From: Spirochaetaceae bacterium
GTDB taxonomy: Bacteria > Spirochaetota > Spirochaetia > DSM-2461
Length of the DNA stretch: 64,000 bases
Assembly (NCBI GenBank): GCA_965224705.1
Contig: OZ245056.1
Coordinates: 2,176,001-2,240,000 of the forward strand
Direction: 5' to 3'
Each line of letters opens with the position of its first letter. Position 1 is the first letter of the stretch. Below are positions 10,717-21,071 of this stretch, in pieces. The notes beneath the pieces are model-generated. The model saw nothing but the letters and a program-made list of their open reading frames with translations. It did not search any database and was not told the DNA's origin. Position numbers and translations under genes: made by a program.

Positions 10717-12159
10717 ATGGAATACACTCCGCTTCTAACCGATCTTTATGAACTGACGATGACTCAGGGCTACTTCCTAGAAAACAAGGATACCCCGGTT
10801 GTTTTTGAGATGTTTTTTCGCCGCCCCCCCTTTAATGGAGGGTTTTCTGTATTTGCAGGACTTGAAGAACTTCTAATCAGACTGGAATATCTAAGGTTTC
10901 GGGAAGAGGATCTTGTCTATCTTCGGAGCCTGGGTATTTTCAAGAATGAATTCCTTTCTTTTCTCCGACAGTATCAATTTTCCGGTGACCTCTACTCCAT
11001 GGATGAAGGCTCCATCGTTTTTCCCGGGGAACCAATTCTCCAGGTTCATACAACTATGATCGAGGCCCAGTTGATCGAAAGTCTCCTGCTGAATCAGGTG
11101 AATTTTCAAACCCTCATCGCAACAAAGGCCGCACGGATTTATAACGCTTCCGGTGAGGGGAAGATCCTGGAATTTGGTTTAAGGCGTGCCCAGGGAATTA
11201 ACGGTGCTCTTTCGGCCTCACGGGCTGCCTATATCGGTGGATGTTCTGCTACATCCAACACTCTGGCGGGTTTGAAGTATGGAATACCTGTATCGGGAAC
11301 AATGGCCCATTCATGGGTAATGGCTTTTGACAGTGAACTGGAAGCATTCAGGGCATACGCTGAAATATATCCCGATAAGACTGTGCTTCTTCTTGATACA
11401 TACGATACTTTGGGTAGTGGTATTAAAAATGCAATTATTGTAGGAAAGGAACTTAAAAAGAGGGGGAAGAACATTGGAGTTCGCCTTGATTCAGGAGATC
11501 TCCAGTATCTGAGTATCAAAGTCCGGGAAAAACTGGATGCGGCAGGCTTGGAAGATGCTTATATCTGTGCTTCCAATGACTTAACTGAAGAAATCATATG
11601 GCAGCTAAGAACGAATAATGCTCCGGTCGATATCTGGGGCATCGGTACCCAACTGGTCACAGGAGGGCCGGATGCGTCCCTCACCGGAGTGTATAAAATG
11701 ACAGCAAGACAGGTAGGAAACTCCCTGAAACCCGTCATCAAGCTTTCTAACAATCCCGAAAAGATCACCAATCCTGGTGTAAAACAGGTGTATCGATTCC
11801 AGGATGACCGGGGAGTATTCCTGGGAGATCTTATCTGTCTGGAGGATGAGAACATAGGTAAAGGTCATGCGATCAATTTCAATCATCCCATGTTTCGGAA
11901 CAGTTACTCCCTGCTGAAACAGTATGACTCATACGAACCACTTCTCAAGAAACGGATCAGTGGCGGTCGAATGAAGTCCACACCTCCCACACTGGAAGAG
12001 ATAAGGGGCAGGGTCATCGAAGGTATGCACAGGCTGGATGATTCCCATAAACGGTTATTGAATCCCCATATCTATAAAGTCTCTATTTCCAATAAACTCA
12101 GGGATCTCAAATTCAACCTTGTTGATGAACGTATGAATCAGGGTAATCGAAAACTGTGA
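10717..12159 (+). CDS. pncB: nicotinate phosphoribosyltransferase
   Basis: TDLYELTM, EFGLRRAQG, GTMAHSW, DTYD, VRLDSGD. Confidence 0.95.
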   Translation: MEYTPLLTDLYELTMTQGYFLENKDTPVVFEMFFRRPPFNGGFSVFAGLEELLIRLEYLRFREEDLVYLRSLGIFKNEFLSFLRQYQFSGDLYSMDEGSIVFPGEPILQVHTTMIEAQLIESLLLNQVNFQTLIATKAARIYNASGEGKILEFGLRRAQGINGALSASRAAYIGGCSATSNTLAGLKYGIPVSGTMAHSWVMAFDSELEAFRAYAEIYPDKTVLLLDTYDTLGSGIKNAIIVGKELKKRGKNIGVRLDSGDLQYLSIKVREKLDAAGLEDAYICASNDLTEEIIWQLRTNNAPVDIWGIGTQLVTGGPDASLTGVYKMTARQVGNSLKPVIKLSNNPEKITNPGVKQVYRFQDDRGVFLGDLICLEDENIGKGHAINFNHPMFRNSYSLLKQYDSYEPLLKKRISGGRMKSTPPTLEEIRGRVIEGMHRLDDSHKRLLNPHIYKVSISNKLRDLKFNLVDERMNQGNRKL

Positions 12160-12289
12160 TGTAAGAGGCCCTGGCGAAGAATCCACTATGGTTGGGGCAA
12201 GTTCTATAAATGAAACCGGTAAGCTGTAAAACTCTGACTGATACTCTGAAACTGTTGTATGGGTGAAGAAATCGGAGTATAATCATCTC

Positions 12290-13336
12290 ATGGAATATAG
12301 AAAATTAGGAAATACCTCCATTGAGGTGAGCAAAATATGCCTGGGCAGTATGACATGGGGTTGCCAAAACACAGAAAAAGATGCCCACGAGCAGATGGAT
12401 TATGCCTTCTCCCAGGGTGTGAACTTCATTGATACAGCAGAAATATACGCTGTACCACCGAGTGAGAAAACTTATGGCCTTACTGAACAATACATTGGCA
12501 ATTATCTTAAAAAACATCCTGAGTTGAGGAAAAACCTTGTACTGGCAACCAAAATGGCAGGTCCCGGGGCAGAGTACATACGGAACGGAGAAGGATTCAC
12601 ACCACCTGTCAACATTGAAAAAGCCGTACAGGGCAGTTTGAAACGACTTAAAACTGACTACATTGATCTGTATCAACTCCACTGGACTCAACGTATGACT
12701 CCCCGTTTTGGCGCCCTGGATTATCATGCGAACTGGTTCAAGCAGGATGATAAACTGGCTGAAACCCTTGGAACTCTGGGAAAGTTGAAAGAGAAAGGTT
12801 TGATTCGTGAAGTGGGATTATCCAATGAACATCCCTGGGGGGTTATGCATTGCCTGAGACTCCATGACCAGGACTCCCAAATTCCTCAGGTACAATCGGT
12901 ACAAAATGTCTATAATCTGGTCAGCAGGGTTGTTGATATAGCACTTGCAGAAGTACTGGTGAGAGAAAGTATCAGTCTGCTCCCATATTCTCCACTGGCG
13001 GGTGGATTACTCTCAGGGAAGTATCAGGGAGGGAAGCAACCTGCAGGAGCAAGATTCAGTACCTGGGGAAAAGATAGAATGACCCGATACATAAACAGCA
13101 AAACAGATAAGGCTGTCAATGCCTATGTTGACCTGGCCCACAGCCAGCAACTGACTCCAGCCCAAATGGCCCTGTCATTTGTAAACGAAAGGGTGTTTGT
13201 GACAAGCAGTATCATCGGGGCAACGACCATGGATCAGCTTAAAGAATGCATCGCATCCGAATCTGTAAAACTGAATCAAGAGACAATTGATTCAATTGAG
13301 AAGATTCACCTGAGCAGTCCTAATTCCTCTGTCTAG
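12290..13336 (+). CDS. aldo/keto reductase (Tas-like)
   Basis: CLGSMTWG, FIDTAEIY, DYIDLYQLHW, PYSPLAGGLLSGKY. Confidence 0.92.
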   Translation: MEYRKLGNTSIEVSKICLGSMTWGCQNTEKDAHEQMDYAFSQGVNFIDTAEIYAVPPSEKTYGLTEQYIGNYLKKHPELRKNLVLATKMAGPGAEYIRNGEGFTPPVNIEKAVQGSLKRLKTDYIDLYQLHWTQRMTPRFGALDYHANWFKQDDKLAETLGTLGKLKEKGLIREVGLSNEHPWGVMHCLRLHDQDSQIPQVQSVQNVYNLVSRVVDIALAEVLVRESISLLPYSPLAGGLLSGKYQGGKQPAGARFSTWGKDRMTRYINSKTDKAVNAYVDLAHSQQLTPAQMALSFVNERVFVTSSIIGATTMDQLKECIASESVKLNQETIDSIEKIHLSSPNSSV

Positions 13337-13577
13337 GAGTCTATCGGACTTTAAGACTTCAAGGCGATTTTCGGTGATTTTTTCCTGATACAGGGCGGCA
13401 AAAACTTAAGCGCAACTGGGCTGGTGAGTATTTGGGCAGCGCAGCTCGCATACCGAAGAGAGTGCAGAGCGATGGCGGCAAAAACGAACGAAGGCGGCTC
13501 TCCAGAAGCAAGCAGGAGGCTTGCTTCTGGAGAGAAGGGCAAAAATCGAGCCGTGAGACGTGAGTCCGACAGGCTCC
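13336..13577. mobile_element. MITE family A, 242-bp copy
   Basis: GGAGTCTATCGGACTT...GAGTCCGACAGGCTCC; the left end overlaps the TAG stop of the upstream gene. Confidence 0.8.
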
Positions 13578-13590
13578 TGAGGAGAATTTA

Positions 13591-14022
13591 ATGCTGAGAA
13601 ACATCGATCCGATTATCTCGCCAGAGCTTCTGAATGTACTTTTCAGGATGGGACATGGGGATGAAATCGTTCTCGCCGATGCCTTCTTCCCTGGAGACTC
13701 AATGGGTAAGAGAGTGGTACGAGCCGACGGTATCACGGTGCCCCGTCTACTGGAGGGTATCATACCTCTGATCACGCTGGATTCTTACGCCGAGACCCCT
13801 CTCTTCATGATGGAGCCGGTGCCTGGAGATAAGCGCGACATGGGAGTAGAAGAATCCTACCGGGCGGTGATAGATAAAACCTGGCCAAACACGCCGCCGG
13901 TCGCCCTCGTTGAACGTTTTGCTTTCTACGCTCAAGCCAGAGAAGCTTACGCCGTGGTGATGACTGGGGAAGTGAGGAAGTACGGGAACCTCATCCTCAA
14001 GAAGGGTGTGATCAATCGTTAG
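13591..14022 (+). CDS. fucU: L-fucose mutarotase (RbsD/FucU family)
   Basis: MGHGDEIVLAD..FP, ERFAFY, YGNLILKKGV. Confidence 0.9.
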   Translation: MLRNIDPIISPELLNVLFRMGHGDEIVLADAFFPGDSMGKRVVRADGITVPRLLEGIIPLITLDSYAETPLFMMEPVPGDKRDMGVEESYRAVIDKTWPNTPPVALVERFAFYAQAREAYAVVMTGEVRKYGNLILKKGVINR

Positions 14023-14032
14023 TTCTCAATCA

Positions 14033-14923
14033 ATGACTGTGACGATGAATCTGGAGACCATTCTTCTACAGCTTTTTGGTGACGGGGGCCGCATCGTGTC
14101 ACGGCGGTCCGTGAGCGGCGGCGATATCAATGCCGCCGCCCAGTTAACCCTTGCGGAGGGCCGGGAAGTTTTCATCAAAGAAAACCGTGCCGACCTCGAA
14201 AACATGTTCATCGCGGAACCCCTCGGTCTGCGGGCACTCGGGGAAGTGTCAAAGAGATCCTCTTCACCGCCAGTCCCGGAAGTCCTCGCGTGGGGACAGG
14301 ACGGGATGCGCGCTTTCCTTCTTCTCCAGTCGATTCCGACCGGGAAACTGAAGTCCGGGGAAGATTTCGGCAGAGCAATGGCCGCCCTTCATCGGGAGGC
14401 CCGCCGGGACGAGTGCGGTTTCGATTCGGATAACTGGATAGGCTCTACGGTCCAGATAAACAAGGCCCATGCCTCCTGGCTTGATTTCTTCCGGGACAGG
14501 CGTCTTGGCAAGCAGTGGGCACTCCTGCGGAGAAACGGGTTCGGCGACACCCGGTCGGAGAAAGATATGCAATCCCTCCTCAAGCATCTTCCAGAGCTTC
14601 TGCCGGATGTGGATGACGGCAGGCCAAGCCTGCTTCATGGTGACCTCTGGGGCGGGAACTGGCTGGCAGGCCAGGATGGCCGAGCCTGGCTAATCGACCC
14701 CGCGGTGTATTACGGCCACCGAGAAGCGGACATAGCGATGACTCAGCTCTTCGGTGGTTTCCCGCCGGGTTTCTACCGGGCCTATGCCGAGACCTGGCCG
14801 ATGCAGGCGGGATTCGCCGAACGGCGAGACATCTACAATCTTTACCACTTACTCAATCATGTGAACCTTTTCGGCTCGGGTTACTGGATGGGGGCAAAAG
14901 ACATAATTCAACGCTACGCTTAA
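14033..14923 (+). CDS. fructosamine kinase family protein
   Basis: GGDIN, LLHGDLWGGN, IDPAVYYGHRE.D.AM, YNLYHLLNH. Confidence 0.92.
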   Translation: MTVTMNLETILLQLFGDGGRIVSRRSVSGGDINAAAQLTLAEGREVFIKENRADLENMFIAEPLGLRALGEVSKRSSSPPVPEVLAWGQDGMRAFLLLQSIPTGKLKSGEDFGRAMAALHREARRDECGFDSDNWIGSTVQINKAHASWLDFFRDRRLGKQWALLRRNGFGDTRSEKDMQSLLKHLPELLPDVDDGRPSLLHGDLWGGNWLAGQDGRAWLIDPAVYYGHREADIAMTQLFGGFPPGFYRAYAETWPMQAGFAERRDIYNLYHLLNHVNLFGSGYWMGAKDIIQRYA

Positions 14924-15004
14924 ACAGTGATGATCTGGAATATAAGATTGGGAAGGGAAATTTCCCCAATGTCGCAAACTTTGTCACAAATATGTCGTAA
15001 ACTT

Positions 15005-16042
15005 CTATAGCTCTATTTTCAGCCGATATTTCTGATGGTGAGTAGCCCCTTCTCCTTCAATTAACCCCTTCTCCAACAGATCTTTCAGATCCCTCTGCAA
15101 ACTGCGCCGGGTTACACCGGGGCAGATTTCCTCATAGTCCTGGATTGTCAGATTTCCCTTTTCAAGGAGATAATCCAACACCTTTATCTGGCGGTCGTTC
15201 AGAGAATGTTTACTCTTTAAAATATCTCGCTTGATGACCCACGCGCCTCTGTTTTTCACCTCAATCATCTGGGTTTCCAGACCGACACAGTAATACTCCA
15301 GCCATCCGGTCATATCCATACCCTCTTCCCGGACGCTCTGGATGGCACGGTAAAAGGCGGGTCGATTCCGATCGTAGTACTCGCTGATAGTGAAAAGCCG
15401 CTTAAAGTCGTAACCGGCCCGGTAGAGGTAAAGGGTGGAAAGTAGTCGGGAGGTTCTCCCGTTACCATCGAGAAATGGGTGGACGTGAACCAGTTGAAAC
15501 TGGGCGATACCGCTTTTCAGGATGGGATGGGTTCCGTTTTGGATATTGAGCCACTCTACCAGTTCCGCCATCATAATTGGCACGTCGTGGGCTGGCGGCG
15601 GTGTGTAGAGGATTGCTCCGGTTGCGGCATTGGCAACGTAGTTTTGCACTTTGCGATAGTTGCCCGGATCGGCGGAGCCGCCTCTGACACCTTCGACCAG
15701 CTTCTTGTGGATTTCGCGGATCATTCCCTCGGAGATGGGGTATCCTGTTTCAAGGGATTCGGAGACGAACTGAAAGGCATCCCGATAGTTGAGGAGTTCC
15801 CGCTTATCGTCGGGATCAACCTCCGGGAGGTTTTCACCCCGGAGCAGCTTTTCCGATTGGTCTATCGTGAGCTGAGTTCCCTCGATATGGGTGGTGTGGT
15901 GAGCTTCAAGAAGCAGGGCGCGGTCGCTCATCTCTTTGATCCACTGTTCGGAGAGGGTGGCGGCTTCAAGGAAGCCTCTGGCACGCTCAATCCGGGTGAG
16001 AGCGGCGGCTATGCTGTCTGTTATGGTGTAGGCGGGGTTCAT
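15005..16042 (-). CDS. Fic-domain protein with C-terminal winged HTH
   Basis: Canonical Fic motif [18 protein letters not shown]; likely start MNPAY at 16042. Confidence 0.9.
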   Translation of the reverse strand: MNPAYTITDSIAAALTRIERARGFLEAATLSEQWIKEMSDRALLLEAHHTTHIEGTQLTIDQSEKLLRGENLPEVDPDDKRELLNYRDAFQFVSESLETGYPISEGMIREIHKKLVEGVRGGSADPGNYRKVQNYVANAATGAILYTPPPAHDVPIMMAELVEWLNIQNGTHPILKSGIAQFQLVHVHPFLDGNGRTSRLLSTLYLYRAGYDFKRLFTISEYYDRNRPAFYRAIQSVREEGMDMTGWLEYYCVGLETQMIEVKNRGAWVIKRDILKSKHSLNDRQIKVLDYLLEKGNLTIQDYEEICPGVTRRSLQRDLKDLLEKGLIEGEGATHHQKYRLKIEL

Positions 16043-16052
16043 GGGGTGTTTC

Positions 16053-16463
16053 TCATCCATCAACACAACCAGATCGTCCATCTCCCGCAGAATAACCGAA
16101 AAGAGGCTCCAGGTACTCATTAAAACGGTGAAAACGAAAATCCGCATCACCCCGTTTGAATATTTTGCTGATATTGAAGAGGAAGAAAAAGTTGCAGTAT
16201 CCTTTGGTTTTGTAGAGGTAGTAGATAGATGCTCCCATCAGCCGGGTTTTGCCGACACCGGTGGCCAGGGTAAAGCAGAGAGAGGGGAAAACCGTATCAA
16301 AGGTGATCTCTTTTTCGGTTATTTCGGCAGCACGGCGGGCCACTTTCTCCGGGGCGGTTTTGCGATAATTGATGCCGTTGCTTACCCGGTGAAGCCGTTC
16401 CTGAGCTTCTGTCTGGGGTTGGCGGAGACTCATCCATTTCTTGATTTGGCCGGGGGTGGTCAT
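16053..16463 (-). pseudogene. truncated type III restriction Res-like helicase N-terminus
   Basis: [25 protein letters not shown]alker A, then loss of the frame. Confidence 0.65.
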
Positions 16464-16883
16464 CTATTGGTCTCCTGCTTCTAATATTTCCGGGGGGAGA
16501 TGGTTACGCACGGTATCTCTCATCTCTTTGGCAAGCGAAACGGCTTGTTTCGCTTCCGCTGTATCAATGGACTCCCAGATACCCGGATATCGAGTCTCCA
16601 CGGCATATCGATTCAAAGGATATAATTTGTTGATAGAGAGAGATGTTTTATCATCAAGAAGGTTAAAGAGAACTATCAGATCATGGGTTCTCGGTACGGT
16701 TTTCTCCTGGAGTGTAAGCAGGGCTTTCAGATATTTTTCAACACACTGCTGGCAATGGAAACAGACGGTATCGGTCGGGCAGTCGCGCTTCATGGTGAGT
16801 ACATACTCGGCGTTGCGCAGATCGTTTTCCGCCTTTTTCACCCATTGCCTCACCAGCGGAATCACTTTACGAGGCTCGTTCAT
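16464..16883 (-). CDS. HEPN domain protein (HepT-like toxin)
   Basis: W..KAE.DL..A, CFHCQQCVEKYLKA, RTHDL, ETRYP. Confidence 0.88.
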   Translation of the reverse strand: MNEPRKVIPLVRQWVKKAENDLRNAEYVLTMKRDCPTDTVCFHCQQCVEKYLKALLTLQEKTVPRTHDLIVLFNLLDDKTSLSINKLYPLNRYAVETRYPGIWESIDTAEAKQAVSLAKEMRDTVRNHLPPEILEAGDQ

Positions 16884-17196
16884 AGAGTATCCTTCCTTCG
16901 TGAGCCGCTTCAAAGACCACAGTGCCGATCATCTCCTTTTGTTCCTCGTATTGGTTGGGAGTTATCACGATCAAATCCATCGGAACGGTACGGTCAGAGA
17001 GGGAAAGGTCAATCTCATTGGCTTTGGAACGGCAGGAACCTTGCGCGGGCATGACGATAAGAAGATCGAGGTCGCTGTCGGCGGTGATCACTCCTCTGGC
17101 AAGGGAGCCGAAGAGGATAATTTTATCAGGGTGGAAGTTTTCCACTATGCGGTTTACCGTTTGATCAAGGATGGTTTTCAGTTCGGTTTCAGACAT
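16867..17196 (-). CDS. minimal nucleotidyltransferase (MNT antitoxin)
   Basis: IILFGSLARG...DSDLDLLIV; overlaps HEPN gene. Confidence 0.9.
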   Translation of the reverse strand: MSETELKTILDQTVNRIVENFHPDKIILFGSLARGVITADSDLDLLIVMPAQGSCRSKANEIDLSLSDRTVPMDLIVITPNQYEEQKEMIGTVVFEAAHEGRILYERAS

Positions 17197-17250
17197 GGGG
17201 GGATTCCCTCCTCAAACTCACACCGCGCCAGCAGACTCCTGGGTATGCGC

Positions 17251-17994
17251 TTAATCTCTATATTCGGCGGCAGGATCAGGTTCTTTGAGTGTCTGGTGCA
17301 GTATATCAGAAGAGCCTCGTCTTCGGCGAGGGCGCGCTGTCTCATTCTCGGCGATCCGCAGAGCAGTGAAGGTCTTCCCGGTACCGCAAGCCATAATCAG
17401 CTTACCTCGTTTTGCATTTTGAAAATGTTGATGGGTTGCTTCAACTGCCTCCGTTTGGTGGGGACGAAGACTCTTCTTCCCGCTCCGGACTTTATCCCCC
17501 GATATCCCGGCGGCAAGAGCTTCCCAATCGAGGGGAGCCGCCTCCAGATGGTAGAGATCAATCCTCTGTACAGGAATCGCTTGATGAGTGATCGCCTCCT
17601 CCGCCTTGCCGCTCCACTTATTGGTTGTTGAGATCACCAGACGATTGGAGAAACCCCTTTCCTGACCGGAATCGTCGTTGAATAGTTTACTCGAAGTGGA
17701 GAGAAAACTGTCCAGAGCCGGTTTATCGACCTGCGCAGTTTCCGCATAGCATTTGCACTGAACCGCCCAGAACTCCTTTTCCGCCGTCAGAGCCACCAGA
17801 TCGATACCGATATCACTACCGCCGAACTGTTTCCGGTAGGGGAACTCCTTCCACAGCCAAACCCTGTCCAGAGTCCCCTCATAGGTAGGGTAGTTATTGA
17901 GAAACGCCTGGGTCAGCCGTTCAAAACGGTCTCCCTTATCCCGCTTGGAGAAGGCTTCTTCTCTGTATTGGTTAATGACGCTTTGGAAATTCAT
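17251..17994 (-). pseudogene. truncated Mrr-like nuclease + SF2 helicase (type ISP/LlaGI-like restriction-modification)
   Basis: GDRFERL, DIGIDLVA, AVQCKCY, LRPHQ, MACGTGKT; ends shortly after Walker A. Confidence 0.75.
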
Positions 17995-18368
17995 TTTATA
18001 ACTCCTGGGGAGAAGTTGGGGTACTCTCATATAGCTCTTGCTGGAGTTCTTGAAAGCGCAGTTCAGAAGGGTATACCTGAATCCGTATAAAAACTCAGTT
18101 AACCCAGAAGGTGAACCTTATGAAGATAGATACTACCACAGAAACTTTAACCCGCATAGAAGAGTAGCACTGGCAGAAAAAGTATTTAAAGAGATTGAAC
18201 TGGATTTCACAGCCCCTGAGAAATGGGTTGATATTAGCCGTGCTATGGGAGAACGTAATGTACCAAGGGAGGGAAATACGGATTCAGGTCCCCCAATACA
18301 TTTTCCTGCCCGAGGGCAGGATGCGCGTGAAGAGCCTGAAATCGGCCCTGAATCTCATTCTCACTCTT

Positions 18369-18443
18369 TGTCGACAGGGCGGATTTGAACCCCCGACCCC
18401 ATGTCCCCCAGACATGTACGCTAAACCCCTGCGCTACAGCCCG
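18369..18443 (-). tRNA. tRNA-Pro(GGG), degenerate 3' half (probable pseudo-tRNA)
   Basis: CGGGCTG TA GCGC..GCGT A CATGT CTGGGGG ACATG GGGTC GGGGG TTCAAAT CCGCC CTGTCG ACA; anticodon arm perfect, acceptor and T stems mismatched. Confidence 0.7.
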
Positions 18444-18528
18444 ATGTCCTATAGACCGGGAGAGTTTTGCTCCTTCCGGCAGACATGTTAACGGGCTAAC
18501 CCAAAAAAGAGGGCCGATGCATTGCCCA

Positions 18529-18580
18529 GAAGTCTGTCGGACTAACGCCTCACGGCTCGATTTTTACTCCTTTCCTCTGC
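18529..18580 (-). mobile_element. MITE family A right end, partial
   Basis: Reverse complement of AAAATCGAGCCGTGAGGCGT.AGTCCGACAGAC. Confidence 0.7.
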
Positions 18581-18809
18581 TGATGAAGAACGCGGCAAAA
18601 ATGATACGCCAACACAAGCCCCTGATACTCAACTGGTTCAAGGCAGAAAATGACCCTCAAGCGTGTTGTTGAGGGATTAAATAACCAAATAAAAGTCACT
18701 GTCAAAATCTTATGGTTTTAGAACCTTTCATGTTCTGCAAATCGCTTTATTTCATGATTGAGCCAAGCTTCCGATTCCTCCTCCTACCCACACATTCTGA
18801 CAGGAATCC
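18581..18809 (+). mobile_element. ISL3-family transposase C-terminal remnant
   Basis: AKMIRQHKPLILNWFKA..EGLNNQIK..YGFRT..IALFH, frameshifted; ends ACCCACACATTCTG. Confidence 0.7.
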
Positions 18810-18878
18810 GATTTTTACTTGCTGTTTGATAAACCGGATTTTGGTGTCGACATGGGACTCCTCTTCATGATTCTTATG

Positions 18879-19102
18879 CAGTGTCAGGAAGCCTGTTAAA
18901 TGGAGCAATTGCTTCCATCAAAAGAATTAATATATTATGGAACAATATTTACAAAACATCTTGCCGAAGAGACTTCTCATCATTCCAGATGAGTAATTTG
19001 CTGAATCACAACTATCGATGAGTATTGAACGGCGTATTGGGCAAGGATCCTCATCTAACCGAATTTAAATGGAACCAGGTTTTTACAGGCTTCCTGACAC
19101 TG
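18879..19102. mobile_element. MITE family B (224 bp)
   Basis: 18-bp perfect inverted repeats CAGTGTCAGGAAGCCTGT at 18879 and ending 19102. Confidence 0.8.
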
Positions 19103-21071
19103 GTTTTTCATCAACAATAATACCTTCTTCGGATAGAAATTCATCGTAGGAAACAATCTGAATCTTGTTCGCACGAGCTTTTTCCAGTTTTGCGGAAGTT
19201 GCGTTTGGATCGTTACAGATTACCTTCACAGTGTTTTTGGTGACAGTCCCGGTTACTTCCCAGCCGTTTTTTTTAAGAGCTGATATGAGAATTTTGCGGG
19301 GTACGGGTGCCTTTCCTGTCAGGCAGAGAGAATCTTTAGCCTGTACACTGAAGGAACTTTCATGAATCTCAATGATTTCCAATAATTCCTGAACCATTGC
19401 CATGTTTCGTTCCATACTCTTCCATTCTATAATACGTTTCCCGATGGTATATGTCTCATCATTGAAATTCATGAAATCTTCAATTGATGTGATGCCAAGG
19501 CGGCTGAGGGACTTTTCCTGGACCATGGGTATGCCTAATCGGCCTATGAATTCAATGGGTGTCATGGTTTTGCGTCTGGCAGTCTGTTTGAGGAAGTTTT
19601 CAGTTCGTTTCTGACCAAATCCTTCCAGATTCTTAAAATCTTCTTCTGTCAATGTATAAAGATCTTTTACGGATCGGAGCTTGCCGGAATCGTATAATAA
19701 TTCAAGGGTGTGCAATGCAATTTGTTCCATGTCATTCTGCCTTACCCAATAGAGGATGGACTGCAATACCCTGTCACGGCATTCAGGATCAGGGCAGATG
19801 ATGTTCACACCGGATTCGACTGGTTTGGCACCACAGGATGGGCAATTTTCCGGCCAGAGTGTTGAATCTCGAAAGCCTTCTGGCCTGGAGGAGGCATCCG
19901 GATTGCCCCGGATATAGGGTATGACATCATTCGCCCGTTCGACCAGGATTGAATCCCCAACGGATAATCGGAGTTTCCGTACATTATCGGCATTGTGAAG
20001 GCTTGCCCGTTCAAGAGTAGCTCCCCCCAGGAAGACAGGACTGAACTGAGCAACAGGAGTAATATTCCCCTGACGGCTGACCTGCCAGATGATGTCTGTG
20101 AGAGTGGTGACTGCAGACTCTGACGGCGGTTTGAAGGCCAGAGCGTAGTGGTGATGATGACTGACTATCCAGCGATTGTCGATGGACTCATGGAGAAGAT
20201 TGTTGTCAACCAGAATGATGAGGCCGTCAGTCTCATAGTTCCATTTATTCCTTAGATTGATGATGTAGCTGTTATAGATATTTTCCAGCTGGCGGATAAT
20301 GCCTCCAATGCGGGAATCGGCATCCGGAGTCAACAGCCATTTTTCAAAAGTATAGAATCCGGACTCGGTCAGTATGTCCAGTTTAGCAAACTCTGAGTTA
20401 AAACGCTGATCCATATTCGCGATATACGGGGGGGGGGCCGATGCTCCGGACTGTTTGCTGTCTGACTGCGGCCAGATTATTTGATAGGCAAGGAATCGAA
20501 CATATTGAAGATCTTCGCGATGTGTTTTTCTGTTGATTAAGCCAACACAATTGTTTCGCAGAGGACGGTTGTCTGTGTTGTATTCGGTATCTTTGGGTAG
20601 ATGGAGTTCCCCTCTTACTTCCACAGGATCAGAAGTAAAGGTTATTTTTTCGGGAATATCCCTGATGAATTCAGCAACATGGGTGATGTCCTGACCAACA
20701 GATCCATCACCACGGGTAGCCACACTGGTCAGGCGGCTATTGGTATAGCTAAGGGTGGCCGATAATCCATCAATCTTTGGTTGAACGGTCAGGGCCCAGG
20801 AGGGATGGGGATCCAGGCGCCGCAGCCATTTCTCCACTTCCTGTAGATTTTTTGCCTTCGCCATGGAGAGCATGGGTACCTTGTGCTGAATTTTGCTGCT
20901 GGTCTCTGCTCCTATTGCCCCAACAAGGGAAAAATACTCATGGTTGGGATCGATGCTTCTCAATTCCTCTTCGAGGGCATCGAATTCCGCATCGTTCATC
21001 AGCGGGCTGTCTCTATTGTAATATGCCTCGCGGGCTTCCTGGAGGAGATTGACCAGTTTACTGGTTTTCAT
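19083..21071 (-). CDS. ligA: NAD-dependent DNA ligase
   Basis: H.VPMLS, PKIDG, TRGDG.VG.DIT, VEVRGE, OB fold, C4 Zn finger (CPSC..CPDPEC), BRCT. Confidence 0.88.
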   Translation of the reverse strand: MKTSKLVNLLQEAREAYYNRDSPLMNDAEFDALEEELRSIDPNHEYFSLVGAIGAETSSKIQHKVPMLSMAKAKNLQEVEKWLRRLDPHPSWALTVQPKIDGLSATLSYTNSRLTSVATRGDGSVGQDITHVAEFIRDIPEKITFTSDPVEVRGELHLPKDTEYNTDNRPLRNNCVGLINRKTHREDLQYVRFLAYQIIWPQSDSKQSGASAPPPYIANMDQRFNSEFAKLDILTESGFYTFEKWLLTPDADSRIGGIIRQLENIYNSYIINLRNKWNYETDGLIILVDNNLLHESIDNRWIVSHHHHYALAFKPPSESAVTTLTDIIWQVSRQGNITPVAQFSPVFLGGATLERASLHNADNVRKLRLSVGDSILVERANDVIPYIRGNPDASSRPEGFRDSTLWPENCPSCGAKPVESGVNIICPDPECRDRVLQSILYWVRQNDMEQIALHTLELLYDSGKLRSVKDLYTLTEEDFKNLEGFGQKRTENFLKQTARRKTMTPIEFIGRLGIPMVQEKSLSRLGITSIEDFMNFNDETYTIGKRIIEWKSMERNMAMVQELLEIIEIHESSFSVQAKDSLCLTGKAPVPRKILISALKKNGWEVTGTVTKNTVKVICNDPNATSAKLEKARANKIQIVSYDEFLSEEGIIVDEKPVSGSL

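Noticed and set aside
16441..17631. 396-aa plus-strand ORF
   Set aside because: Antisense to the well-supported HEPN, MNT and restriction-fragment genes.
18038..18388. 116-aa ORF next to the tRNA
   Set aside because: No recognisable motif and overlaps the tRNA; cannot be supported.
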